The translations under genes were made by a program, and so were the position numbers. The notes beneath the pieces are model-generated. The model made no database searches. It saw only the letters and a list, made by a program, of their open reading frames with translations, and had not been told where the DNA came from. Of a stretch of DNA of 64,000 nucleotides, positions 47,490 to 55,948 are shown in pieces. Location: the IMG/VR virus record IMGVR_UViG_3300037805_000644, positions 158,940 through 222,939 of that record; one strand, given 5' to 3'. Positions within the stretch are counted from its first letter, which is position 1. Every line of letters starts with the position of its first letter.

Positions 47490-48173
47490 CTACACCACCA
47501 CGTCGTATCCGACATCAGCGGTCTCAGCGACCTGCAACTCGATGCCGAGGGCTACGGTGAACCCTGTCTTGGTCTTGTTGAGGACCCGGACAGGGAAAAA
47601 GTCTTCGGGCTCCAGCAGGACCCTGTAATTGGCCGTGGGCAGTGCATCTGCGAAGACCACTGCTTTTTGACTGGCGTCGGCCTGGGAGAACGTCAGAGTC
47701 CCGCCCATGGCGCTCGCGGTTGCGGTCGAGGCGTAAACCACCCAGTCCACCCCCCGCACATCACCTGCGCCGCCGTAAGCTGAGGCCACCACCAGGTCAA
47801 ACCCCGTGGTGGTCTTGTTCTCCACCCGGACGGGTGTCCCGTCCGGGCTCGTGACCTGGACACGGTAGCTGATGTTGTTCAACAACCCCCCGGCGAGAGC
47901 CACGGCTCGGGTGGTCTGGCCGGAGAAATTCTCGGTGCCGTTGGCAACTGAGGACTCACTGACCAGCAAGGCGGCCTGGTCCATCGCATCGTTGATGTCC
48001 TGAACCACTTCCTCGGAGAGTCCGGTGATCGAGTCGGTGATCAAACCCCTCGGCCCACGGATGTTGCGGACCGAGGTGGAAGACTGCTCATCAATGACGA
48101 TGTCGAACAGGTACGCTTGCCCGCCACGGGCGGACTTGTACGTGAACACCGTCTGGACTCGGGAGAGGGCCAC
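47490..48173 (-). CDS. virion protein with two repeated beta-sandwich modules
   Basis: YRV...VRV.NKT.TGF occurs twice. Confidence 0.65.
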   Translation of the reverse strand: MALSRVQTVFTYKSARGGQAYLFDIVIDEQSSTSVRNIRGPRGLITDSITGLSEEVVQDINDAMDQAALLVSESSVANGTENFSGQTTRAVALAGGLLNNISYRVQVTSPDGTPVRVENKTTTGFDLVVASAYGGAGDVRGVDWVVYASTATASAMGGTLTFSQADASQKAVVFADALPTANYRVLLEPEDFFPVRVLNKTKTGFTVALGIELQVAETADVGYDVVV

Positions 48174-48183
48174 GGTTTACCCC

Positions 48184-49002
48184 TTAACGCCAGACTGAGG
48201 ACTGGTACTTGGTGCGGATCTTGCCCCGCTTGAGGGCTTCCTCCAGAGCGCCACTCTTCATCTTCTTAACGGCTTCCTCGTTGGCTTTGAGCCACTTGAA
48301 AAACTTCCGTGCGCCCGCAGGGGCCGTGGATACCAGCTTGGTGTAGTAAGAATCACCGCTGTGCCCATAACCCCTCAACTGCTCATCGGTGTACCCGTTG
48401 TTCAGGGTAATGGAGAACCCCGTCCACTTGGCGTCGATGAAAAACTCATCCTTGACCGCGATCTCGATGGGGGCGTAGTCCACGGGCTCCACGTTCAGGT
48501 AAAACACCTCGTCCACCCGAGGCATCTGCCGCTCATCAAAGCTATGCCGGAACCAGTCAGGGATGATGTCCCCCTTACCTGCCGCGATGTCTTTCTCCCA
48601 GTCCTTGAAAGCCTTGTCGATGGCCTTTCGGAGAGCTTGGGAAGCTTTCTCCGGGGTCATTGAAGCCGTGGGCTTCCAATCCCTCTTCAAGTTCTCCAGC
48701 ATCAGGTGATTGGAGTGGATCGGGTTCAGCTTCGAGCCGATATCAAAAGTGTACCTCTTGAGCCTCTTCCTGCCCTTCTGGGGCAGCTCCTCGATCACAG
48801 CGTAAGATTGGGGGTGCCCTTTCCAACGGATGCGGACCTTGTCCCCGACCAGGATCTCATCCCAGCCAGACCGGGAATCGATCCCACCCACACCGGCGGC
48901 CTTACCTGGAGCGTGCTTCTTGAGGAGAGGCACCAGGTGCTTGCGGGTGCTGGGCACCTCAGTGGCGAGCTTTTGGAGCTTGCTGTACAGGTTGGTGGGC
49001 AT
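48184..49002 (-). CDS. hypothetical late protein with an N-terminal leader helix
   Basis: Start MPTNL (SD AAGGAGG); LYSKLQKLA..PSTRKHLVPLLKKHA..KAA. Confidence 0.65.
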   Translation of the reverse strand: MPTNLYSKLQKLATEVPSTRKHLVPLLKKHAPGKAAGVGGIDSRSGWDEILVGDKVRIRWKGHPQSYAVIEELPQKGRKRLKRYTFDIGSKLNPIHSNHLMLENLKRDWKPTASMTPEKASQALRKAIDKAFKDWEKDIAAGKGDIIPDWFRHSFDERQMPRVDEVFYLNVEPVDYAPIEIAVKDEFFIDAKWTGFSITLNNGYTDEQLRGYGHSGDSYYTKLVSTAPAGARKFFKWLKANEEAVKKMKSGALEEALKRGKIRTKYQSSVWR

Positions 49003-49039
49003 GGGCCCCTCCTTTGTCTCTCTTGGGTTGAGGCTCATA

Positions 49040-49348
49040 TCACCAAACCCCGGTGGTCTCGTAACCACGTTTTTCAAACCAGTCCTTGAGGGCGACCATC
49101 GCCTCTCGATTGGCGGACCACAGGGTCACACTGTCGAAATTTTCCCGGATACCGAGATCAGGGATGGTGGGCACGCTCTCCATGGCCACCCTGCCGTCCC
49201 GTTGGCTGCGGAGCAGCCCTGGGACATAACGGTGATCACGGACGCCGTACAGGACTGAGAAACGGTGCTCTGCGTGCGCCAGCCGGCGAACCCACTTACG
49301 AGCCACCCTTCTGGCCATCACCACACGTCTCTCATTCTGGTCGGACAT
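49040..49348 (-). CDS. small tagged late protein
   Basis: RRVARKWVRRLA tag near the N-terminus. Confidence 0.7.
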   Translation of the reverse strand: MSDQNERRVVMARRVARKWVRRLAHAEHRFSVLYGVRDHRYVPGLLRSQRDGRVAMESVPTIPDLGIRENFDSVTLWSANREAMVALKDWFEKRGYETTGVW

Positions 49349-49393
49349 GCTTACTCCACCAAAGCCGTATCCACGCTCTACCGGGGCGAGGGG

Positions 49394-49407
49394 ATAGGCG
49401 ATCTACC
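49394..49407 (-). promoter_or_regulatory. putative late promoter motif (first of the late block)
   Basis: Minus strand GGT-agatc-GCCTAT, about 46 nt upstream of 49348. Confidence 0.6.
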
Positions 49408-49414
49408 GGAGGCT

Positions 49415-50044
49415 CTAATCCAGGATCGAGATGGAGGGTGAGACCTCTGGGGTGGGAGTCCGCTTGACTTCCCGGAGGATGTTCAGGTTGGAGGAGATGA
49501 ACTCAAACAGGCGGATGTACAGCCCATAAGGCTCAACCTGAGGACCACCTAGCTCAACGGCCTCCCGGAGCTTTTTGATGGTGCGCAGGAACCGGTGGCG
49601 TACAAGACCCTGGCTGACCCCCAGACCCTTGGCGACCTCCGACTGACAGGTGGACTTCCACATGCCGATCATGATCTTCACGTCAAGGGGGTCAGGCAGG
49701 AATTCTGTGAGGTCTGTCAGGAGGGAATCCCCCTCTACCTGAGGTAGTTGGAGGAGGAACTGAATTCGGGCGGTCGCCCTCTGGAGCCGGTAATGGACTG
49801 TGGGTTGGGACACCGAGAACAGACCGGCAATCTCTGTCTGCTTGAGCTTCTTGAAGAAATAGAGGTCCACAAAGTCCGCCTCCAAGGCGGGCAGAAACTC
49901 CATGTACTCCTTAACCACCTCAATCTGAACCCGCATCTCTTTGGTAGGTTCCGTGAAAATGGAGTCCAGAAATCCGATACCATCCTCAATGGCGAACCGG
50001 GTCTCAATTTCATTTGGATCGATCATATGTCCAGACCATGCCAT
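49415..50044 (-). CDS. sigma70 region-4-like double-HTH transcription factor
   Basis: LPALEADFVDLYF..KQTEIAGLFSVSQPTVHYRLQRA and QSEVAKGLGVSQGLVRHR. Confidence 0.75.
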   Translation of the reverse strand: MAWSGHMIDPNEIETRFAIEDGIGFLDSIFTEPTKEMRVQIEVVKEYMEFLPALEADFVDLYFFKKLKQTEIAGLFSVSQPTVHYRLQRATARIQFLLQLPQVEGDSLLTDLTEFLPDPLDVKIMIGMWKSTCQSEVAKGLGVSQGLVRHRFLRTIKKLREAVELGGPQVEPYGLYIRLFEFISSNLNILREVKRTPTPEVSPSISILD

Positions 50045-50138
50045 GCGTCACGTCCCCAGGCGGCGCCCCTTTCGGGGCGGTTTGCACAGCTCAAGCCAAT
50101 TCAACACCCCACACTACCCATCTCAGGGTCTCAGGCCG

Positions 50139-50684
50139 TTAAGCGGGGGCGGGCTCTAGCTGTTCCAGGAAAACGCGAGGGACAGAGGCGATCCGACGCC
50201 AGGAACGAAGATCGAACCGGATGAATGCGTTATCCCCATCCAGGCCAATGACACGCCCATCCATGCGGCGGAATTTCCCCTCAGTCACGGTGACGGTGGA
50301 TCCTACCTCTACCTCGGCGGCGAGCATTTCCTGGAGCTGGGTGCGGAGAGCTTCAATCTCAACCTCGGGCAGGACTGCCAAGGTTCTCATCCGGTGGGGG
50401 CCGGACTGGGTGGACATCACGGAGCTGACATAGGCCAGCCTCTCCAGGGCAAAGTAACTGCCCTCAGGCAATCCTGAGGCGACAAATACATACCCCTCCA
50501 TCAGGTGGATGGTGATGATCCTGGTGTGCTTGCGGTAAATCGCGGTTGGGACGAAGACGGGGAACGCGTCGCCCACCTTGAGATCGGATCGCAAGGTGGA
50601 GGTGATCGTCCCCTCCTCCACCTTCTGCTCGCCGAGCCTGCTCAGCTCAACCGCGATCCATGTGGTTTCGTCCCGTGTGTCCAC
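50139..50684 (-). CDS. NusG/RfaH-like transcription factor (NGN + KOW)
   Basis: VFVP...LMEGYVFV; VGSTVTVTEGKFRRMDGRV. Confidence 0.8.
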   Translation of the reverse strand: MDTRDETTWIAVELSRLGEQKVEEGTITSTLRSDLKVGDAFPVFVPTAIYRKHTRIITIHLMEGYVFVASGLPEGSYFALERLAYVSSVMSTQSGPHRMRTLAVLPEVEIEALRTQLQEMLAAEVEVGSTVTVTEGKFRRMDGRVIGLDGDNAFIRFDLRSWRRIASVPRVFLEQLEPAPA

Positions 50685-50699
50685 CCGTGACCACTCCGT

Positions 50700-52109
50700 C
50701 TATCCATCTAGCTCGGTAATCCGAAGCACAAGAAGTCGAGCGAACAGGGCGGCGTCGAAAGAAACTTTGCTTGTTTGCAAAGTTTGGGCCTGGGGCCCCT
50801 TACTTTTTGCCACTGCACGGTGATCAATGTGAACACCGTTCCCTGTCAACTCAGATGACCGAGAAAGTTTACCACTCGACCCTGAACTTTTAGCAGGTTT
50901 CGGCGGAGTTTGGGAAGTTTCTGTGGTCGAAGTGGGTGTATGAGCTGAAACAGAGGCTCCCGTCGGGTGCCCAGAGGCCACTTGCTGGACGATCACCGTG
51001 GTTGCCCCAGCAGCAGTTACCCCATGATGCAGGGCTGCGATGTCGCACTTGAGCATCGCCCCTGTGGGCCGCCCCGGCTTAGCTGAGAAACGGCTGGCAT
51101 AACCCAAGAGGACATCCCCCCGCTCTGCCAACTCCTTGATTTTCTCAGGTTGCCAGTACACCACCGCCTTGGCGGCCCCCAGGTACACCTGATAGGCCAC
51201 CATACTGGCCTCGGCCAACCTCTGGTACACAGAGGTAGGGCTGACTTTCTCCAGGAGGAGATCGGCTGCCTGGTACGCCATGGCCAACCCCCAGTTAGGG
51301 CTGGCCTCCCCCTCCGGGTTGAGCTTGATACCCAGACTCTTGAGGATCGTCAGGTAGAGCCCTATCTGGTCAAGCTGGAGATACTGGGCGACATTTGCCT
51401 GGGTGACTCCGCCCAGCATCGAGACCCCCTCGACTGCCTTGAGGGCATCCCGGATGTGGCACTCAGTCACCGTGGCGATGGTCTGGAGGGCGCCCTCTTC
51501 GGTCTCGATGCCCTCTTGCTCACAGATGTAAGCGAGGCGCTCCGCGATGACCTCTGGCGGAAGGGTGTCAATGGTGAATGCGGGCGCACACCGGGACAAC
51601 ACGGTATCCCGCATCTTCTCCGGCTCAGTGGTGCAGAAAATGCACACCAGCTTCTTATCACTGGACCCCCGGATATTGTCCTCAAGGGGCTTGAGAAGGG
51701 CGTCTAGGGCATCCTTGCTAAGCTGGTGGGCCTCGTCGAAAAGGTAAATGCGACGCTTCCCTGAGAAGGTGTCGTAGTCGATATCCCCCGTCAGCCTCTT
51801 AATCTCAGACTTCCCACTGTTCGTAGCGGCGTCCACCTCAGTGAAACAATCGGAGGATCCACTTTCAAGGATGGAGGCGCATGAGGAGCACTCATTGCAG
51901 GGGGCCCCTTCTTGCGGGTTGTCGCAGAGAAGAGCCCGGACCAGGATGCGGCCCAAGGTGGTTTTCCCTGACCCCCACTGCCCGGCAAGCAGATACGACT
52001 GCTGGAAGCCCTTACCGCTGGACACATACCGGCGCAGGATGGTCTTGGTTGCCTCTTGACCCAAGACTTCGTCATAGGTCGTTGGGCGGTACTTGATGTC
52101 GAGGCTCAC
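50700..52109 (-). CDS. dnaX: DNA polymerase III gamma/tau-like clamp loader
   Basis: KYRP, GQWGSGKTT, CDN...PCNECSSC, DEAH, SRC. Confidence 0.92.
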   Translation of the reverse strand: MSLDIKYRPTTYDEVLGQEATKTILRRYVSSGKGFQQSYLLAGQWGSGKTTLGRILVRALLCDNPQEGAPCNECSSCASILESGSSDCFTEVDAATNSGKSEIKRLTGDIDYDTFSGKRRIYLFDEAHQLSKDALDALLKPLEDNIRGSSDKKLVCIFCTTEPEKMRDTVLSRCAPAFTIDTLPPEVIAERLAYICEQEGIETEEGALQTIATVTECHIRDALKAVEGVSMLGGVTQANVAQYLQLDQIGLYLTILKSLGIKLNPEGEASPNWGLAMAYQAADLLLEKVSPTSVYQRLAEASMVAYQVYLGAAKAVVYWQPEKIKELAERGDVLLGYASRFSAKPGRPTGAMLKCDIAALHHGVTAAGATTVIVQQVASGHPTGASVSAHTPTSTTETSQTPPKPAKSSGSSGKLSRSSELTGNGVHIDHRAVAKSKGPQAQTLQTSKVSFDAALFARLLVLRITELDG

Positions 52110-52116
52110 GAGTTCC

Positions 52117-52404
52117 CTACGCCTTCTCGGCCCAGAGAGGGCTCCAACAGATCAGGGTTCCTTCTGACTGGGCAGCCAGGAGGGGCCCGTGGGCCTGGAA
52201 CAGGTCCTTGAGGGTCATGTGATCCCACTCGGCAACTGTCGCCAGCCGGGAGCGGTGCCGGTCGTGCCTCTCCGGGCTGTGGGCAAGCCCCGGTACGGGC
52301 CTCTCCAGGTCCGCCTCCACCTGATAAAGGATCGGGTAGGAGGAGGCGTGGTGACGCACTCCTCCCCGGGCATTCATGCTCTTGAGGGTTTCAAGGGGCC
52401 ACAT
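52117..52404 (-). CDS. hypothetical protein
   Basis: ORF in an operon-like array with SD GGAG. Confidence 0.45.
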   Translation of the reverse strand: MWPLETLKSMNARGGVRHHASSYPILYQVEADLERPVPGLAHSPERHDRHRSRLATVAEWDHMTLKDLFQAHGPLLAAQSEGTLICWSPLWAEKA

Positions 52405-52418
52405 GGTCGTCTCCGGGC

Positions 52419-52628
52419 TCAGGGAGTAACGGGGTCACAGCGGACGCCCAGTACCCCTTGTTCGGTGGTGAAAGGGTCCTCAAGGGCGACGCAGAGGCCC
52501 CCGTCATCGACAGGGGTCCCATCCGCCTCGAACAGGCGGAACTGGTCACCCTTTCGGAGGTTCTGGAAAGGGCCTCGATCTGCCCGGCCCACAATCTCAA
52601 CCAGGCGGGTGTTCTCCACGACCACCAC
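52419..52628 (-). CDS. hypothetical protein
   Basis: FQNLRKGDQFRLFEADG; coupled to the upstream stop. Confidence 0.5.
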   Translation of the reverse strand: MVVVENTRLVEIVGRADRGPFQNLRKGDQFRLFEADGTPVDDGGLCVALEDPFTTEQGVLGVRCDPVTP

Positions 52629-53110
52629 TACTCGGTCTCCGGCTCATCCTCACCGAAGAGGTCCGCGATGATGTCATCAGCAGGCTGCTCACCCGAGGTG
52701 CGCCAGAAGCCGTGCCGCTCAACTTCCTCCCGGAAAAAGGACACGTCCGGGGGGCTGATGTAGAACCGGCAGTCACCACCGGGCTCTTTCTCCTCCGCCC
52801 GGCACCAGCAGAGCTGGTGATCCAGGAAAGCGATCTGCTTCTTGTTGGTGCCCAGGTCTTCCCAGGCGTCGTGGCCGATGGTGATGATGAACTTGTAATC
52901 CACATCGCCCAGGATGCCCAGGAGCTTGTTGGCCTTGGAGGTCCGACCCGGGATGAGGGTGTCCCCGCTCTTGCTGGCCTTCTCCTTGAAGATCACGGCA
53001 ATCTCGTCCACGCAGAGGGCGAGATTGGGGTGGAAGTTCGCGACGAGCTGACGGACGGTGTCGTAAACCTCGGGAGGGGCATTCCAGGTGGTTGCTGTTT
53101 CTTCGGACAT
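52628..53110 (-). CDS. phage metallopeptidase-like protein with a degenerate HExxH (HQLCW)
   Basis: KFIITI..DAWEDL..KQIAFLDHQLCWC...PPDVSFF.EEV.RHG.W. Confidence 0.7.
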   Translation of the reverse strand: MSEETATTWNAPPEVYDTVRQLVANFHPNLALCVDEIAVIFKEKASKSGDTLIPGRTSKANKLLGILGDVDYKFIITIGHDAWEDLGTNKKQIAFLDHQLCWCRAEEKEPGGDCRFYISPPDVSFFREEVERHGFWRTSGEQPADDIIADLFGEDEPETE

Positions 53111-53121
53111 GATGATCTCCT

Positions 53122-53865
53122 TTAGATGGTCTTGAAAGTGGCCCTCATCCCCGAGGGTCCGTGTTTATCCCAAATCTCGCCGGGGTCTTTCACCCCGGCA
53201 TATGGGACGTGTCGGTTATCAATACCCGCCTTGCTGAGCTTTCTGAGCGCCCCCCAACGCTCCTTTCCCGTCTTTTCATCCACATACCCGTGGGTGGCCT
53301 TCCGACCGGTCTCGTCATTGTCGTACGCCATGTGGACTTTCGGGTACAGGGTGTTCTTCGCCAAGAACCGGCAAAGGAACTGCAAATGCTTGTCCCCCAA
53401 GCGGGCTCGGGCGGTCGCCATGGAGACATCCCCCTCGGGGATGGCCCACTCCAGGGGGAACGCGTCGAAGTAACCTTCTGAGACCCAGATGGCCCCACCA
53501 TCCCAAATCTTCTGCATGACCGAAGGGCGCATCCCCAGCCAGATGGGGTTCCAAGATGCCTCGGGCAGATAGAAGTGGCTGGCCTTCAACCCCTTGTCTG
53601 GGTTCGGGTTACGGCCCTCGAACCCGAGAAGGCGGCCTCGGGGGCTGTAGATGGGGAGGATGGCCCACCCCTTGATCCACTCACCGCGACCATCGGGGCC
53701 GTAACGCTCTCTCCAGAGCTTGTCATCATGTGGGGTGGGGAGAGGAGTCCAGGTCTTGATACCCAGCTCCTCGATGGTTTCCTCCTTGGCCCCCCGGCCC
53801 AGGAGATAACCCTCGGTATCAGGCGCCAGCGCCATGTTGGCTAGGGCTGTCTCCAGGAACGACAT
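53122..53865 (-). CDS. DnaG-like primase catalytic/TOPRIM domain (no zinc-binding domain)
   Basis: YLLGRG, ILPI...LLGFEGR, VSEGYFDA, AYDNDETG, KDPGE. Confidence 0.85.
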   Translation of the reverse strand: MSFLETALANMALAPDTEGYLLGRGAKEETIEELGIKTWTPLPTPHDDKLWRERYGPDGRGEWIKGWAILPIYSPRGRLLGFEGRNPNPDKGLKASHFYLPEASWNPIWLGMRPSVMQKIWDGGAIWVSEGYFDAFPLEWAIPEGDVSMATARARLGDKHLQFLCRFLAKNTLYPKVHMAYDNDETGRKATHGYVDEKTGKERWGALRKLSKAGIDNRHVPYAGVKDPGEIWDKHGPSGMRATFKTI

Positions 53866-54403
53866 CAGGACCTCCGGCGATAGCCATCGTGCGTGCGGCG
53901 TTTTGGACAACCGCCACGACTGTCCGACGGGATACCCTTCCCCACACCCCGAGGTACCGCCTCTCCGTGGGGATAATCACCACGGTTTTCTCGGGGAGCC
54001 AGCTCACAGAGACCACAGGGGTGCCGTCGCTGAGGGTGATATTGAGATCTTTAGAGGTGAGCGCGGTCACCTCTTCCTCAGGCACGTAAGACCTGACATG
54101 GGCGATGGCGGCCCGGATGCCCTCACCGTTGAGCGGGTGGGTGTTACCCCAACTGTAACTCCGCCCTGCGTTGAGTACCGAAAGCACCACCTCCTGGAAC
54201 AGGTGGGGTGGGGTGGTTTCCGTGCGGAAGGCAGCGTTCACTGTCCCATCCGCACCCGACTTGGTCACCCAGGTAAGCCCCCGGCTGGAGGTGACCAAAT
54301 AAGGATCTGCCTCCGGCTGAACATCAAAGCTCAGCAGGCCCACTCGGCCTTCGGGCGGGAGAGTACCTTTGGGGAACTTGAGGCGTTGCAGCAAATCAAT
54401 CAT
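53819..54403 (-). CDS. hypothetical protein
   Basis: Likely start MIDLLQ at 54403; the track start at 54799 overlaps another gene. Confidence 0.6.
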   Translation of the reverse strand: MIDLLQRLKFPKGTLPPEGRVGLLSFDVQPEADPYLVTSSRGLTWVTKSGADGTVNAAFRTETTPPHLFQEVVLSVLNAGRSYSWGNTHPLNGEGIRAAIAHVRSYVPEEEVTALTSKDLNITLSDGTPVVSVSWLPEKTVVIIPTERRYLGVWGRVSRRTVVAVVQNAARTMAIAGGPDVVPGDSPSQHGAGA

Positions 54404-54935
54404 TGAACCAATTCCAGGGCCAGGCGGGATGATCCCAGAGGGATCTCTCCCTGAGTTCGCGGGGTGGGTCGCTTTCCTCATCATCCCCATCATCTTCCTC
54501 GGGGGTCTCACCCTCCTCGGAAGTTGGGGTCTCTGGGAGTTCGGGTCCCGGGGTCTCTCCCCCGAGAACCCACATGAGAGTGGAAGCAACAGGGAATGCA
54601 GGATCCTTGTGGCCCAATTTCGCCCTGACCGCCATCTCGCGGTACCCTGCGGCGAACTCCTCTCTAACCGCGTCACTGCTCCTGAGGGGGGCCCACAGGG
54701 GGCACCCCTTGGCTTGCTCAACACCCCCGTGCCGCTCATCGCAGACCTGACCACCCTGCTTGGCGTGGATGCACACTGCGGGGCAAGGCGCACGGCCATC
54801 CTTGTTGATGTGGTAAGGGCGACGGTTATGGGTGCAGGTGTCGGGTTTCTGCTTGAAGTTAGCCTTCAACCTCTTCTGGAGGTTTCGATGCAGGGCCTGC
54901 TTGAGCCGCTGCCGGATCTGCCCTTCGGTCCTCAT
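54396..54935 (-). CDS. Cys-rich hypothetical protein
   Basis: CTHN...CPAVC...VCD...CPLW. Confidence 0.65.
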   Translation of the reverse strand: MRTEGQIRQRLKQALHRNLQKRLKANFKQKPDTCTHNRRPYHINKDGRAPCPAVCIHAKQGGQVCDERHGGVEQAKGCPLWAPLRSSDAVREEFAAGYREMAVRAKLGHKDPAFPVASTLMWVLGGETPGPELPETPTSEEGETPEEDDGDDEESDPPRELRERSLWDHPAWPWNWFND

Positions 54936-55288
54936 GTGCTCTCGACCTCCGTGTCGGCCCGCAGAATCTTGGGGGTCTTGTGGATCTTGGGGTGCTTAGG
55001 GACCAGCCAGAGGTCCCTCTCCTGAGGCTCCCCTGTCCCGACCCCCCAGAAAATCCCCAAGGGGGTCGTGACCCGGAGGAGGAAATGATCGGCTGCCCTG
55101 TCCTGAGCCCACTGTAGGAGATTAGGCTGATCCTCATCCCCGTCAGCGACGAACGGGTGTATCCAGTCGAACCCCACGGGGGCCTCGTCTTGGGTGTGGA
55201 CTAGGCCCGCCCCCGGCTTGGAGTACACCGCCATAGTGTGGAACGGGATATCGATGTTGATCTGGGTCAGGGTGTTGATCTGGGCCAT
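54932..55288 (-). CDS. hypothetical protein
   Basis: ATGA coupling to the next gene. Confidence 0.55.
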   Translation of the reverse strand: MAQINTLTQINIDIPFHTMAVYSKPGAGLVHTQDEAPVGFDWIHPFVADGDEDQPNLLQWAQDRAADHFLLRVTTPLGIFWGVGTGEPQERDLWLVPKHPKIHKTPKILRADTEVEST

Positions 55289-55309
55289 AAATCCTCCGGG
55301 CTTTCTTCC

Positions 55310-55948
55310 TCACCGTACCCGGTCAAACGTGGCTTCACCACCGCGCTGGACAATCCGGTAAGAGCGGTCAGCAGACTCGAACAGGACGGGGTTGTGTGTG
55401 ACCATCAGGATATCGATGCCCAACCGCTTGCACAGCTCCGACAGGAATGCCCCCATGTTGGAGATGTAGTTGGAGTCGAAAGCGGGCAAAGTCTCATCCA
55501 GGAGGATGAACCGCCTGAGGTCTCGGCGCATCATGACGATAATGCGGAGCAGGATGCTCTGCACCGTCAGCACGGAGCCCCCAAAAGCGTCTACAGGGCT
55601 GCCCTCAGTGATGCTCCCATCCTCGTGCTTCTGCACCGTCAGGAGGTCCACAGAAACCTTGCCGCGCTGGATGTCGACGTTGGCCTTAACCGAGAGGTCC
55701 TGGTCGTCAAACACGGCCCGGAGACCTTCGGTCTGGAGGGCTTCAACCGCCTTAACCCCGGCCTCCACCTCCCTGTCGATGAGAGTGCGCAGCAAGGATC
55801 CTGTCAGCTCCAGCAGTTCCTCCTCATCCTCCAGGGCCTGGATGCGCACCTGGAGGCTGAGACGGGCTCGAATGAGCCCATCCCGAAGGCCCTTGACCTC
55901 GGCGGCCTTGGTTCGGAGGTGGTCGATCTCGGGGAGGTCTGCCAGCAT
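55310..55948 (-). CDS. SbcC/Rad50 C-terminal ABC-ATPase half
   Basis: Coiled coil, then FGGSV signature variant, FILLDETL Walker B and MVTHN H-loop; no Walker A. Confidence 0.8.
   Translation of the reverse strand: MLADLPEIDHLRTKAAEVKGLRDGLIRARLSLQVRIQALEDEEELLELTGSLLRTLIDREVEAGVKAVEALQTEGLRAVFDDQDLSVKANVDIQRGKVSVDLLTVQKHEDGSITEGSPVDAFGGSVLTVQSILLRIIVMMRRDLRRFILLDETLPAFDSNYISNMGAFLSELCKRLGIDILMVTHNPVLFESADRSYRIVQRGGEATFDRVR

Noticed and set aside
50700-50960. dnaX-type -1 frameshift site, and the lower-GC patch at the 3' end of dnaX
   Set aside because: Only CAAAAAG (five A) is present near the end, not the A-AAA-AAG heptamer with a downstream stem. The GC dip could not be quantified and has no flanking mobile signature.
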